64,000 bases of DNA from an uncultured bacterium (GTDB taxonomy: Bacteria; Bacillota; Clostridia; Lachnospirales; Lachnospiraceae), in the NCBI GenBank assembly GCA_947383005.1, contig CANDBT010000017.1, positions 6,705-70,704 of the forward strand. The letters run 5' to 3'. The notes beneath the pieces are model-generated. The model did not search any database. It was not told the DNA's origin and saw nothing but the letters and a program-made list of their open reading frames with translations. The translations under genes and the position numbers were made by a program. Shown here in pieces: positions 51,480 through 59,894 of the stretch. Numbering within the stretch: position 1 is the first letter of the stretch; every line of letters begins with the position of its first letter.

Positions 51480-53330
51480 ATGGAATTTCATGAATCGCAA
51501 ATGCAGGCTATCCGGCACAAGGATGGGCCGATGCTGGTGCTGGCCGGCCCGGGTTCCGGAAAAACTACGGTGATCACCCACCGGATCCGCCATTTGGTTG
51601 AAGAACATGGAGTGGAGCCGGGGAGTATTCTGGTCATTACGTTTACCAAAGCGGCGGCCCAGGAGATGAAGCAGCGTTTTCAGGTGTTGATGGGAGGAAA
51701 ACGTTATCCGGTCAGTTTCGGTACATTTCATGCGATATTTTTCGGGATATTGAAGCATGCCTACCATTATGATGTATCCAATATCATTCGGGAAGAGCAG
51801 CGGATGCGGATTATCCGGGAGCTGATGGAGAGATATCATGTGGATGTGGAGGATGAAGCCGAATTTGCCGGCAGTATTTTGGCGGAAATCAGCATGGTTA
51901 AAGGGGAAATGCTGAATCTCGAGCATTATTATGCCAAAAATTGTTCGGAAGAATTGTTCAAAAAACTGTATCAGGGATATATGGATGTGCTGGTGCGGCA
52001 GCGGCTTCTGGATTTTGATGATATGCTGGTTATGTGTTATGAGCTGTTTTCCCAGAGAAAAGATATTCTGGCGGCGTGGCAGCAGAAATATCAATACATT
52101 TTGGTGGATGAATTTCAGGACATTAACCGGGTACAATATGAGATTGTGAGAATGATGGCGGCGCCGGAGGAAAATTTGTTTATCGTGGGTGACGACGATC
52201 AGTCAATTTACCGTTTCCGGGGGGCGAAACCGGAAATTATGCTGGGTTTTATGAAAGATTATCCCCAGGCAAAACAGACGCTTTTGGGAATAAACTACCG
52301 CTCCACGACGGAGATTGTGGAGGCGGCAGGAAGGCTGATTGCCCATAATAAGACCCGTTATCCAAAGGAAATCCATGCCAGCCGGGGAAAAGGGAGGCCG
52401 GTGATGACTGCCGTGTGGGAAGATGCACGGGCAGAGACGAAAGGCATTGTGGAAGAGCTGCAGGATTATATGCGGGCCGGATATAAGTGGGCGGACATAG
52501 CCGTGCTTTACCGGACAAGCATGGAACCGCGTCTTCTAATGGAAAGGTTGATGGAATACAATATTCCGTTTCGGATGAGGGACAGCTTGCCGAACTTGTA
52601 TGAACATTGGATTGTCCAGGATATTCTGGCCTATATCCGGATTGCCGGGGATGAACTGGCTGCCCGTGGGCGCGCGAAGCGCAAAGACGTGGTGCGGATT
52701 ATCAACCGCCCGAAACGTTATGTTAATCGGGAAGCCCTGGAAGGGGACGAAATTTCCTGGAATGGGGTAAAAAACTGGTACCAGGATAAAGGATGGATGG
52801 TAGAACGGATTGAAGCTTTGGAATATGATCTGAAAATGGTTGGCAAAATGGCGCCGGTGGCAGCGGTAAATTACATACGGAAAGGAATCGGCTATGACGA
52901 ATATTTGCGTGAATATGCAGAATACCGCAGAATGAAGACGGAAGAACTTTTGGAGGTAGCGGATCAGCTTCAGGAAAGTGCGGCCGGGTTCGAAACGTTC
53001 CCTAAATGGTTTGTCCATATGGAGGAATACAAAGAACAGCTAAAAGAGCAGGCCCAGAAACGGGAAAAAGATACGGATTGTGTATCTTTGATGACCATGC
53101 ACAGCGCAAAAGGGCTGGAGTTCCCCGTTGTATATATCCTGGATGCCAATGAACGGGTGACGCCCCATCATAAAGCCGTTTTGGATGCGGATTTGGAGGA
53201 GGAACGGAGGATGTTTTATGTGGCAATGACCCGAGCTAAGGATCGTCTGCATGTATGCTATGCTAAGGAACGTTATGGAAAGGCTCAGGATCGTTCACGT
53301 TTTATTGATGAATATATGATTTCCGGTTAG
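51480..53330 (+). CDS. UvrD/Rep/PcrA-family ATP-dependent DNA helicase (compact, 616 aa)
   Basis: Walker A AGPGSGKTT, DEFQDIN, GDDDQSIYRFRGA, YRS, MTMHSAKGLEFPVV, YVAMTRAKDRL. Confidence 0.88.
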   Translation: MEFHESQMQAIRHKDGPMLVLAGPGSGKTTVITHRIRHLVEEHGVEPGSILVITFTKAAAQEMKQRFQVLMGGKRYPVSFGTFHAIFFGILKHAYHYDVSNIIREEQRMRIIRELMERYHVDVEDEAEFAGSILAEISMVKGEMLNLEHYYAKNCSEELFKKLYQGYMDVLVRQRLLDFDDMLVMCYELFSQRKDILAAWQQKYQYILVDEFQDINRVQYEIVRMMAAPEENLFIVGDDDQSIYRFRGAKPEIMLGFMKDYPQAKQTLLGINYRSTTEIVEAAGRLIAHNKTRYPKEIHASRGKGRPVMTAVWEDARAETKGIVEELQDYMRAGYKWADIAVLYRTSMEPRLLMERLMEYNIPFRMRDSLPNLYEHWIVQDILAYIRIAGDELAARGRAKRKDVVRIINRPKRYVNREALEGDEISWNGVKNWYQDKGWMVERIEALEYDLKMVGKMAPVAAVNYIRKGIGYDEYLREYAEYRRMKTEELLEVADQLQESAAGFETFPKWFVHMEEYKEQLKEQAQKREKDTDCVSLMTMHSAKGLEFPVVYILDANERVTPHHKAVLDADLEEERRMFYVAMTRAKDRLHVCYAKERYGKAQDRSRFIDEYMISG

Positions 53331-53337
53331 GAGGATA

Positions 53338-53862
53338 ATGATGGGGTATGTTCATATTTACTGTGGGGATGGCAAAGGAAAAACCTCGGCGGCACTGGGG
53401 CTGGCCGTGAGGGCGGCTGGCAGAAAGCGGAAAATTTTGCTGGTAAGGTTTTTAAAAACCGATGATTCCGGTGAAGTTGCGGCGCTGCGTTATATACCAG
53501 GGATAGAAGTGATGCCATGTGATAAGGTTTTTGGTTTTGTTTCCCGCATGGATGAAAGACAGAAAGCCCAGGCGGCTGCATGGAACCAGGAGCGTTTTGA
53601 AAAAGGGTGTAGAAAGGCCGGGGAGGGAAAATATGATGTTCTGATTTTGGACGAGATTGTGGCGGCCTGCAATTATGGAATGGTGAGGGAGGAGGATGTG
53701 ATCCGTTTTATTAAGGAACGGCCGGAAAAGCTGGAGGTAGTGCTGACCGGCAGGGATCCATCCGGCGCGTTGCTGGCGTTGGCTGATTATGTGTCGGATA
53801 TCCGGATGGAACGCCATCCCTTTACTAAAGGGATAGCGGCCCGGGAGGGAATTGAATGGTAA
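53338..53862 (+). CDS. CobA/CobO/BtuR-family P-loop protein (cob(I)yrinic acid a,c-diamide adenosyltransferase-like)
   Basis: YCGDGKGKTSAALGLAVRAAG P-loop and DVLILDEI Walker-B-like motif. Length 174 aa is typical of the family. Confidence 0.72.
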   Translation: MMGYVHIYCGDGKGKTSAALGLAVRAAGRKRKILLVRFLKTDDSGEVAALRYIPGIEVMPCDKVFGFVSRMDERQKAQAAAWNQERFEKGCRKAGEGKYDVLILDEIVAACNYGMVREEDVIRFIKERPEKLEVVLTGRDPSGALLALADYVSDIRMERHPFTKGIAAREGIEW

Positions 53863-53959
53863 CTCATCCAAGAAAGTTTTCAGGGAAGCCTTGATTTTAT
53901 ATGGGTTATCTGATAAAGTGTTTTTATCAGTAGGCAGTATTAAATTAAGGGAGAACACA

Positions 53960-54274
53960 ATGATGGATCAAGATTGGGATCAGGATCAGGAAGAGATGAC
54001 CGTCACGCTGACTCTGGATGACGGCAGTGAAGTGGAGTGTGTTGTATTGACGATTTTCCGTGTAAATGAGCAGGAATACATAGCACTGCTTCCTATGGAT
54101 GGTGAAGAGGATGAGGAAGGAGATGTATATTTGTACAGCTATGCGGAAGGGGAAGATGAAAACCCGGTGTTGTCGCTGATCGATGAAGAAGAGTATGAAG
54201 CAGTAGCCGAAGCTTTTGATGCATGGCTGGATGGCCAGGAGTATGACGAATGGATCAGTGAAGACGAGCTTTAA
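53960..54274 (+). CDS. DUF1292-family small acidic protein
   Basis: TVTLTLDDGSEVECVVLTIFRVNEQEYIALLP...YLYSY pattern typical of DUF1292. The ATG at 53960 follows AAGGGAGA. Confidence 0.68.
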   Translation: MMDQDWDQDQEEMTVTLTLDDGSEVECVVLTIFRVNEQEYIALLPMDGEEDEEGDVYLYSYAEGEDENPVLSLIDEEEYEAVAEAFDAWLDGQEYDEWISEDEL

Positions 54275-54306
54275 AAAGGACAGCAAAGAATAAGCAGACA
54301 AGACGG

Positions 54307-54334
54307 ACGGAGCCGCAGTTGCGGTTCCGTTTTG
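54307..54334 (+). terminator. Rho-independent terminator
   Basis: ACGGAGCCGC-agtt-GCGGTTCCGT followed by TTT. Confidence 0.55.
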
Positions 54335-54385
54335 GCGTTTATATTTTCGCAAGAAAATTGTCAGATTTGTAATGGGGCAAACGTG

Positions 54386-54414
54386 TTGACAAACGAGGGG
54401 GCAAAACGTATGAT
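54386..54414 (+). promoter_or_regulatory. Sigma-A-type promoter TTGACA-N17-TATGAT
   Basis: Read directly, 56 nt upstream of the 54470 start. Confidence 0.5.
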
Positions 54415-54469
54415 TAAGATAAGAAAATTAGAGACGGGATTTGTTTCAGTGAGAAAAGGAGAGATTTAT

Positions 54470-54985
54470 ATGAAATGTAGATTTTTAGCCGTATCCGCAG
54501 CAGTTTTGGCGATATCCGTGTTTTCTTCCATTACCGTATTTGCCAGTCAATGGGGGAAAGTAGGGACGAAATGGTACTATTATCAGGATGACGGTACGGT
54601 GGTGAAAAACCAGTGGATTGATACGGACGGCGGCCCTTATTGGGTGGGAAGCGACGGCACTATGGCGGTAAACCAATGGGTTGAGGATGGGACGGCCCGT
54701 TATTATGTGGATGCTGACGGAAAACGGATGACGAACCAGCTTTTGGAACAAAGCGACAAGAGCCTTTACTGGCTGGATGAAAATGGCGTTATGGCAGTCA
54801 ATTGCTGGCAGCAGGCAGAGGACGGAAGATGGTATTATTTTCAGGAGGATGGTTCTGCCGTGAGAAAGAGCTGGAAGCTGATTAACGGGGATTATTATTA
54901 TTTTTTGGGAAGCGGCGCCATGGCGGCGGACGCACTGGTACCCGGCGGGTATCGGGTGGGGCCTGACGGCAAGTGGATACAATGA
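54470..54985 (+). CDS. Small secreted cell-wall-binding-repeat protein (paralog 1)
   Basis: Signal peptide MKCRFLAVSAAVLAISVFSSITVFA, then about six W-x-YY/GxW repeats (KWYYYQDDGTVVKNQWID, PYWVGSDGTMAVNQWVE ...). Confidence 0.7.
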   Translation: MKCRFLAVSAAVLAISVFSSITVFASQWGKVGTKWYYYQDDGTVVKNQWIDTDGGPYWVGSDGTMAVNQWVEDGTARYYVDADGKRMTNQLLEQSDKSLYWLDENGVMAVNCWQQAEDGRWYYFQEDGSAVRKSWKLINGDYYYFLGSGAMAADALVPGGYRVGPDGKWIQ

Positions 54986-55062
54986 TGAGAAATTGACAAA
55001 TGAAGAAGGCAGCGGCAGAGGATTTGCCTGAATGGCCGGCGCCGAATCAAGGGGGAGTGGCG

Positions 55063-55464
55063 ATGAAGAGATGGGGAAAAGCAGTAGTTATGATAACCGC
55101 CGTCTTTGTTCTGGCCTTGTCCGGACAGACGGTCAGTTTTGCCGAATCCGGCTGGGTGCCGAAGGACAGTTCCTGGTATTATTACTATAAAGACGGTACT
55201 TTGGCCTCTAATCAATGGGTGATCAGCAACGGAAACCAGTTTTGGATAAATGAGGACGGAACGATGGCGGTCAGCCAGTGGGTAGAGACGGCCGGGATTT
55301 ATTATTATGTGGGTGCTGACGGATGCGCAGTGACGGATTGGAATGAGATTGAGGGAAAATGGTACTATTTTTACAAGAGTGATAACAATAAGTTTATGAT
55401 GGCGGTAGATACGCAAATTGACGGCCGTAAGGTGGGAAAGGACGGAGCGTGGGTCCCCGGGTAA
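55063..55464 (+). CDS. Small secreted cell-wall-binding-repeat protein (paralog 2)
   Basis: Signal peptide MKRWGKAVVMITAVFVLALSGQTVSFA. Same repeat type (SWYYYYKDGTLASNQWV, QFWINEDGTMAVSQWVE). Confidence 0.7.
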   Translation: MKRWGKAVVMITAVFVLALSGQTVSFAESGWVPKDSSWYYYYKDGTLASNQWVISNGNQFWINEDGTMAVSQWVETAGIYYYVGADGCAVTDWNEIEGKWYYFYKSDNNKFMMAVDTQIDGRKVGKDGAWVPG

Positions 55465-55483
55465 GATTTTGTAAAGAAGAATA

Positions 55484-55624
55484 GTTACTGTTCACGCGCG
55501 TTCACAGCGACTGGCAAAAATCCATGAAAATCGCCTGCGGCGGTTCTAAGCGCCAGTGGCGCTTGTTTAGGATGGACCGAAACGGAGTATAGAGGGATTT
55601 TTGCCCGCCGTCTGAACTGTTACA
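55484..55624. repeat. Nested-palindrome complex, family R, copy 3
   Basis: GTTACTGTTCAC start and GAACTGTTACA end. The core GGTTCTAAGCGCCAGTGGCGCTTGTTTAG...ACCGAAACGGAGTATAGAGGG is homologous to the reverse complement of 24630..24690. Confidence 0.72.
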
Positions 55625-55635
55625 AAGAATAAACT

Positions 55636-55669
55636 ATTGTCAACCAAATGTGAATATTTGGTTGACAAT
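55636..55669. promoter_or_regulatory. BirA-type operator: ATTGTCAACC-N14-GGTTGACAAT
   Basis: Perfect 10-bp inverted half-sites with 14-nt AT-rich spacing, matching the known TGT(A/C)AACC-N14-16-GGTT(T/G)ACA biotin-operator architecture. It overlaps the bioY -35. Confidence 0.72.
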
Positions 55670-55690
55670 AGAAGACAAAAATGTTATATT
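55662..55690 (+). promoter_or_regulatory. Sigma-A-type promoter TTGACA-N17-TATATT for bioY
   Basis: Read directly. The -35 hexamer is the right operator half-site. Confidence 0.55.
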
Positions 55691-55798
55691 TATCCCTGTT
55701 ATTTCTATTTCTTAAATGTAATAGTTCATCCGATGTGAAATTTCCCGTCGTCTGGGCTGTTACCTTAAATAAAAACGGAAAACAGGGAGGAACAGAAC

Positions 55799-56356
55799 AT
55801 GACGACAGTGGCAGTAAGGAAAAACAGTAAAACGTATGATATGGTTTATATTGGTGTATTTGCCGTATTGATGGCAATTTGCTCCTGGATTTCGATTCCT
55901 GTGGCGATACCTTTTACCTTGCAGACGCTTGGCGTTTGCCTGTGCGGCGGCATTCTTGGAGGGAAACGCGGCATAATGGTAATTTTGGTATATATTTTGC
56001 TTGGCGCTGCAGGATTGCCGGTATTTGCCGGGTTCAGCAGCGGTATAGGCGTGCTGTTGGGGCCGACGGGCGGATACATTATCGGTTTTATCTTTTCTAT
56101 GCTGGTGATGTGGGGGATAGAGGCGGTTGCCGGAAGAAAAACCTGGGTGATGGCATTTGCCATGATAGCGGCAATAATCGCCTGCTATGTGTTTGGCACA
56201 GTCTGGTTTATGATTGTTTATGGCAGGAATGGCGGGCAGATCAGTCTGGGCGCAGCTCTGGGAATGTGTGTAATCCCCTTTTTACTGCCGGATCTTTTGA
56301 AAGTTGCTTTGGCTTTGGGAATTACCAAACGGCTGGAGAAGGCCATCCGGTTATAA
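55799..56356 (+). CDS. bioY: Biotin transporter BioY (ECF S component)
   Basis: IPFTLQTLGVCLCGGILGGKRG...GLPVFAGFSSGIGVLLGPTGGYIIGF matches the BioY signature. Confidence 0.87.
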   Translation: MTTVAVRKNSKTYDMVYIGVFAVLMAICSWISIPVAIPFTLQTLGVCLCGGILGGKRGIMVILVYILLGAAGLPVFAGFSSGIGVLLGPTGGYIIGFIFSMLVMWGIEAVAGRKTWVMAFAMIAAIIACYVFGTVWFMIVYGRNGGQISLGAALGMCVIPFLLPDLLKVALALGITKRLEKAIRL

Positions 56357-56384
56357 CTATCAGATGAGAAGTGAAAGGAATAAA

Positions 56385-56819
56385 ATGAAAAGCGAACAGA
56401 GAGAAGATACCACAGCCTCAAAAAACGGGAAGGGTCAGTATCAAATCCGGGCACATCATGGGATGTGCTTTGCTTTTTTTGAAGGAAAAGGATACAGCGA
56501 CAGTTTTATCAGGCATATGGGTGAAATGAAAAAAGTTTTGGAAGAAAACCCGTTGATTTGCCTTGTGGAGGGAACCGATGATGTGTGTGGATATTGTCCG
56601 AATAATCAGGGAGGGATCTGCCATCAGCAGGAGAAAGTGATAGAATATGACAGGCAGGTATTGAAAATGTGCGGTTTGCCTTCCGGGACGGTGCTGTCTT
56701 GGAGAGATTTTTCCGACCGGGTTCAAAAGAAAATTATCGGTGCGGGAAAGCGGACGGAAATCTGCGGAAATTGCCAGTGGAATGGTATTTGTTTAACAAA
56801 AAATAACTCCAAGTTATAG
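56385..56819 (+). CDS. DUF1284-family Cys-rich protein
   Basis: IRAHHGMCFAFFEGKGYS ... DDVCGYCPNNQGGIC ... CGNCQW pattern. The ATG at 56385 follows GAAAGGA. Confidence 0.62.
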   Translation: MKSEQREDTTASKNGKGQYQIRAHHGMCFAFFEGKGYSDSFIRHMGEMKKVLEENPLICLVEGTDDVCGYCPNNQGGICHQQEKVIEYDRQVLKMCGLPSGTVLSWRDFSDRVQKKIIGAGKRTEICGNCQWNGICLTKNNSKL

Positions 56820-56869
56820 AATTAATTCCAATCTCGTATATTTTTTCTAAATAAATTCCCCATCAAATG

Positions 56870-56898
56870 TTGAAAAAAGGAAGCAAATGCGATAATAT
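56870..56898 (+). promoter_or_regulatory. Sigma-A-type promoter TTGAAA-N17-TAATAT for the leuB-ilvD-ilvB block
   Basis: Read directly. It gives a leader of about 170 nt. Confidence 0.45.
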
Positions 56899-56922
56899 GT
56901 AAAGAACTACGCTGAAGTTAAA

Positions 56923-56972
56923 CAGTTCAGATGGGGTATTTTCTTGCCTGTTTGTGCCTGATAGAAGGGGGC
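56923..56972. repeat. Hairpin repeat, family H (degenerate) within the leuB leader
   Basis: CAGTTCAGATGGGGTATTTTCTTGCCTGTTTGTGCCTGATAGAAGGGGGC. Confidence 0.45.
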
Positions 56973-56995
56973 ATGCAATGTGGCGAAGCATGGGA

Positions 56996-57049
56996 GCGGT
57001 CTCGGAAACTCTTTTGCACTCATCTTTGAGGCTGAGTTTCCGAGACTGC
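56996..57049 (+). other. 16-bp stem hairpin in the leuB leader (13 bp perfect: GTCTCGGAAACTC / GAGTTTCCGAGAC)
   Basis: Read directly. 22-nt loop and no T tract. Ends 25 nt before the start codon. Confidence 0.6.
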
Positions 57050-57073
57050 TTCATGCACAGAATGGAGGAAAAT

Positions 57074-58159
57074 ATGGATGGTAAGATCGTAACGATTCCT
57101 GGGGACGGGATTGGTCCGGAAATTGTCCGGGAAGCATGCAAGGTATTAGATAAGATTGGCAAGGTATATAGACATTCTTTTCAGTATACGCCGGTGCTGA
57201 TGGGCGGCTGCTCCATTGACGAATACGGTGTGCCGCTGACAGATGAAGCGTTGGAGACGGCAAGGAAAAGCGATGCGGTGCTTTTGGGAGCAGTGGGTGG
57301 TGATGTGGGCAATTCCCGCTGGTATGACGTTGCTCCTGATTTAAGGCCGGAAGCCGGTTTACTTGCCATTCGCAAAGGCCTCAATTTGTTTGCCAATATT
57401 CGCCCGGCTTACCTGTATGGCGAGCTGGCGGACGCCTGTCCTCTGAAAAAGGAGATTACAGGCAGCGGTTTTGATCTGGTGATTATGCGGGAGCTGACGG
57501 GCGGCCTCTATTTCGGGGAGCGCCATACCCGGGAAGTGAACGGGGTTATGGAGGCGACAGATACGCTTACGTACAATGAAAACGAGATTCGCCGGATTGC
57601 TGTCAAGGCTTTTTCCATTGCGATGAAGCGAAGAAAACAGGTAGTCAGTGTGGACAAAGCCAATGTATTGGATTCTTCCCGTTTGTGGAGGAAGGTTGTT
57701 GAAGAGGTCGCAAAAGATTATCCGGAAGTAGAACTGCGGCATATGCTGGTAGATAATTGCGCTATGCAATTGGTGATGAATCCAGGGCAGTTTGATGTGG
57801 TGCTGACAGAGAATATGTTTGGTGATATTTTGTCTGATGAAGCCAGTATGATTACCGGCTCTATCGGCATGTTGTCTTCCGCAAGCCTGAATGAGACGAA
57901 GTTTGGCCTGTATGAGCCGAGCCATGGATCTGCGCCGGATATTGCAGGAAAAGACATTGCCAATCCCATTGCCACGATTCTTTCGGCTGCTATGATGCTC
58001 CGCTATTCCTTTGATCTGGATAAGGAAGCCAACGCTGTTGAGGCGGCAGTACAGAAAGTGCTGACGGACGGCTTCCGCACAGCGGATATTATGACGGCAG
58101 GAGGGAGACAGGTTGGCACTTCTGAAATGGGAGATTTGATTGCGGAAAACATAAAGTAA
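57074..58159 (+). CDS. leuB: 3-isopropylmalate dehydrogenase
   Basis: [66 protein letters not shown]. Confidence 0.9.
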   Translation: MDGKIVTIPGDGIGPEIVREACKVLDKIGKVYRHSFQYTPVLMGGCSIDEYGVPLTDEALETARKSDAVLLGAVGGDVGNSRWYDVAPDLRPEAGLLAIRKGLNLFANIRPAYLYGELADACPLKKEITGSGFDLVIMRELTGGLYFGERHTREVNGVMEATDTLTYNENEIRRIAVKAFSIAMKRRKQVVSVDKANVLDSSRLWRKVVEEVAKDYPEVELRHMLVDNCAMQLVMNPGQFDVVLTENMFGDILSDEASMITGSIGMLSSASLNETKFGLYEPSHGSAPDIAGKDIANPIATILSAAMMLRYSFDLDKEANAVEAAVQKVLTDGFRTADIMTAGGRQVGTSEMGDLIAENIK

Positions 58160-58192
58160 CGCTTGCGTTCAGGGAATAAGGAGGAAAAAAGG

Positions 58193-59854
58193 ATGAGAAG
58201 TGACAATGCCAAATCAGGAATGCAGCAGGCTCCGGCCAGATCGCTGTTTCGCGCTTTGGGACTTACGGAGGAGGAACTGGCGAGGCCGCTGATCGGTGTG
58301 GTCAGCTCTTATAATGAGATTGTCCCCGGCCATATGAACTTGGATAAGATTGTCGAAGCGGTCAAGCAGGGGGTTGCCATGGCGGGAGGGACACCTATTG
58401 TTTTTCCGGCTATTGCTGTTTGCGACGGGATTGCCATGGGGCATGTGGGAATGAAATATTCCCTGGTGACCCGGGATCTGATTGCGGATTCTACCGAATG
58501 TATGGCTATGGCCCATCAGTTCGACGGTCTGGTGATGGTTCCCAATTGCGATAAGAATGTGCCGGGGCTTTTGATGGCGGCGGCCCGTCTGAATATACCC
58601 ACCGTATTCGTCAGCGGCGGTCCTATGCTGGCCGGTCACGTAAAAGGCCAGAAGAGAAGCCTTTCCAGTATGTTTGAGGCTGTTGGCGCTTATGCGGTCG
58701 GCGCGATGACGGAGAAGGATGTGGAGGATTTTGCGGATAACGTATGTCCTACCTGCGGTTCATGTTCCGGCATGTATACGGCCAATAGCATGAATTGCCT
58801 GACAGAAGTGCTGGGTATGGGGCTTAAGGGCAACGGCACCATTCCTGCAGTTTATTCGGAACGTATCCGCCTGGCGAAACATGCCGGCATGGCGGTGATG
58901 GATATGGTGAAGAAAAATATTTGTCCCCGGGATATCATGACTGAGGCGGCTTTTATCAATGCCCTTACCATGGATATGGCTTTGGGCTGCAGTACCAACA
59001 GTATGCTGCATCTGCCGGCTATAGCGCATGAGGCGGGAGTGGAGCTGAATGTGGATATCGCCAATGAGATCAGTGCCAAAACGCCGAATCTGTGCCATCT
59101 GGCGCCGGCAGGGCCTACGTATATGGAAGATTTGAATGAGGCCGGCGGAGTATATGCCGTAATGAAAGAGATCAGTAAGCTCGGGCTTTTGAATCTGGAT
59201 TGCATGACCGTTACCGGAAAGACCGTGGGGGAGAATATTAAAGACTGTGAAAATAAGAACCCGCAGGTTATCCGTACTGTGGAGAACCCTTATTCACGGA
59301 CAGGCGGCATTGCCGTGCTTCGCGGAAACCTTGCTCCGGATTCTTGTGTAGTTAAGCGGTCGGCTGTTGTTCCGGAAATGCTCAAGCATGAGGGGCCGGC
59401 CAGAGTGTTTGACAGTGAGGAAGAAGCTATCGAGGCTATCAAAGGAGGCCGTATCGTGGCCGGTGACGTGGTAGTGATCCGTTATGAAGGCCCTAAGGGC
59501 GGTCCGGGGATGAGGGAAATGCTCAATCCCACCTCGGCTATTGCCGGCATGGGGCTTGGCGCTTCGGTAGCGCTTATTACGGACGGCCGTTTCAGCGGCG
59601 CTTCGCGCGGAGCTTCTATCGGCCATGTTTGTCCGGAGGCTGCTGCCGGCGGGCCGATTGGCCTGGTGGAAGAGGGAGATATCATCGCTATCGATATCAA
59701 TGCCAATACGATTGAAATGAAAGTATCCGACGAGGAGCTGGCGAAGCGCCGGGCTGTCTGGATACCGAAAACAAAGACGGTTTCCGGTTATTTGAAACGG
59801 TATGCCCAGCTTGTCACCAGCGCGGACAAAGGCGCCGTGCTGAAGGAGAGTTAA
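58193..59854 (+). CDS. ilvD: Dihydroxy-acid dehydratase
   Basis: [57 protein letters not shown]. The ATG at 58193 follows AAGGAGGAAAAAAGG. Confidence 0.93.
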   Translation: MRSDNAKSGMQQAPARSLFRALGLTEEELARPLIGVVSSYNEIVPGHMNLDKIVEAVKQGVAMAGGTPIVFPAIAVCDGIAMGHVGMKYSLVTRDLIADSTECMAMAHQFDGLVMVPNCDKNVPGLLMAAARLNIPTVFVSGGPMLAGHVKGQKRSLSSMFEAVGAYAVGAMTEKDVEDFADNVCPTCGSCSGMYTANSMNCLTEVLGMGLKGNGTIPAVYSERIRLAKHAGMAVMDMVKKNICPRDIMTEAAFINALTMDMALGCSTNSMLHLPAIAHEAGVELNVDIANEISAKTPNLCHLAPAGPTYMEDLNEAGGVYAVMKEISKLGLLNLDCMTVTGKTVGENIKDCENKNPQVIRTVENPYSRTGGIAVLRGNLAPDSCVVKRSAVVPEMLKHEGPARVFDSEEEAIEAIKGGRIVAGDVVVIRYEGPKGGPGMREMLNPTSAIAGMGLGASVALITDGRFSGASRGASIGHVCPEAAAGGPIGLVEEGDIIAIDINANTIEMKVSDEELAKRRAVWIPKTKTVSGYLKRYAQLVTSADKGAVLKES

Positions 59855-59894
59855 AGAAAAATTAAGAGTAAACTACAGAAAGGGAGTTTGATTA

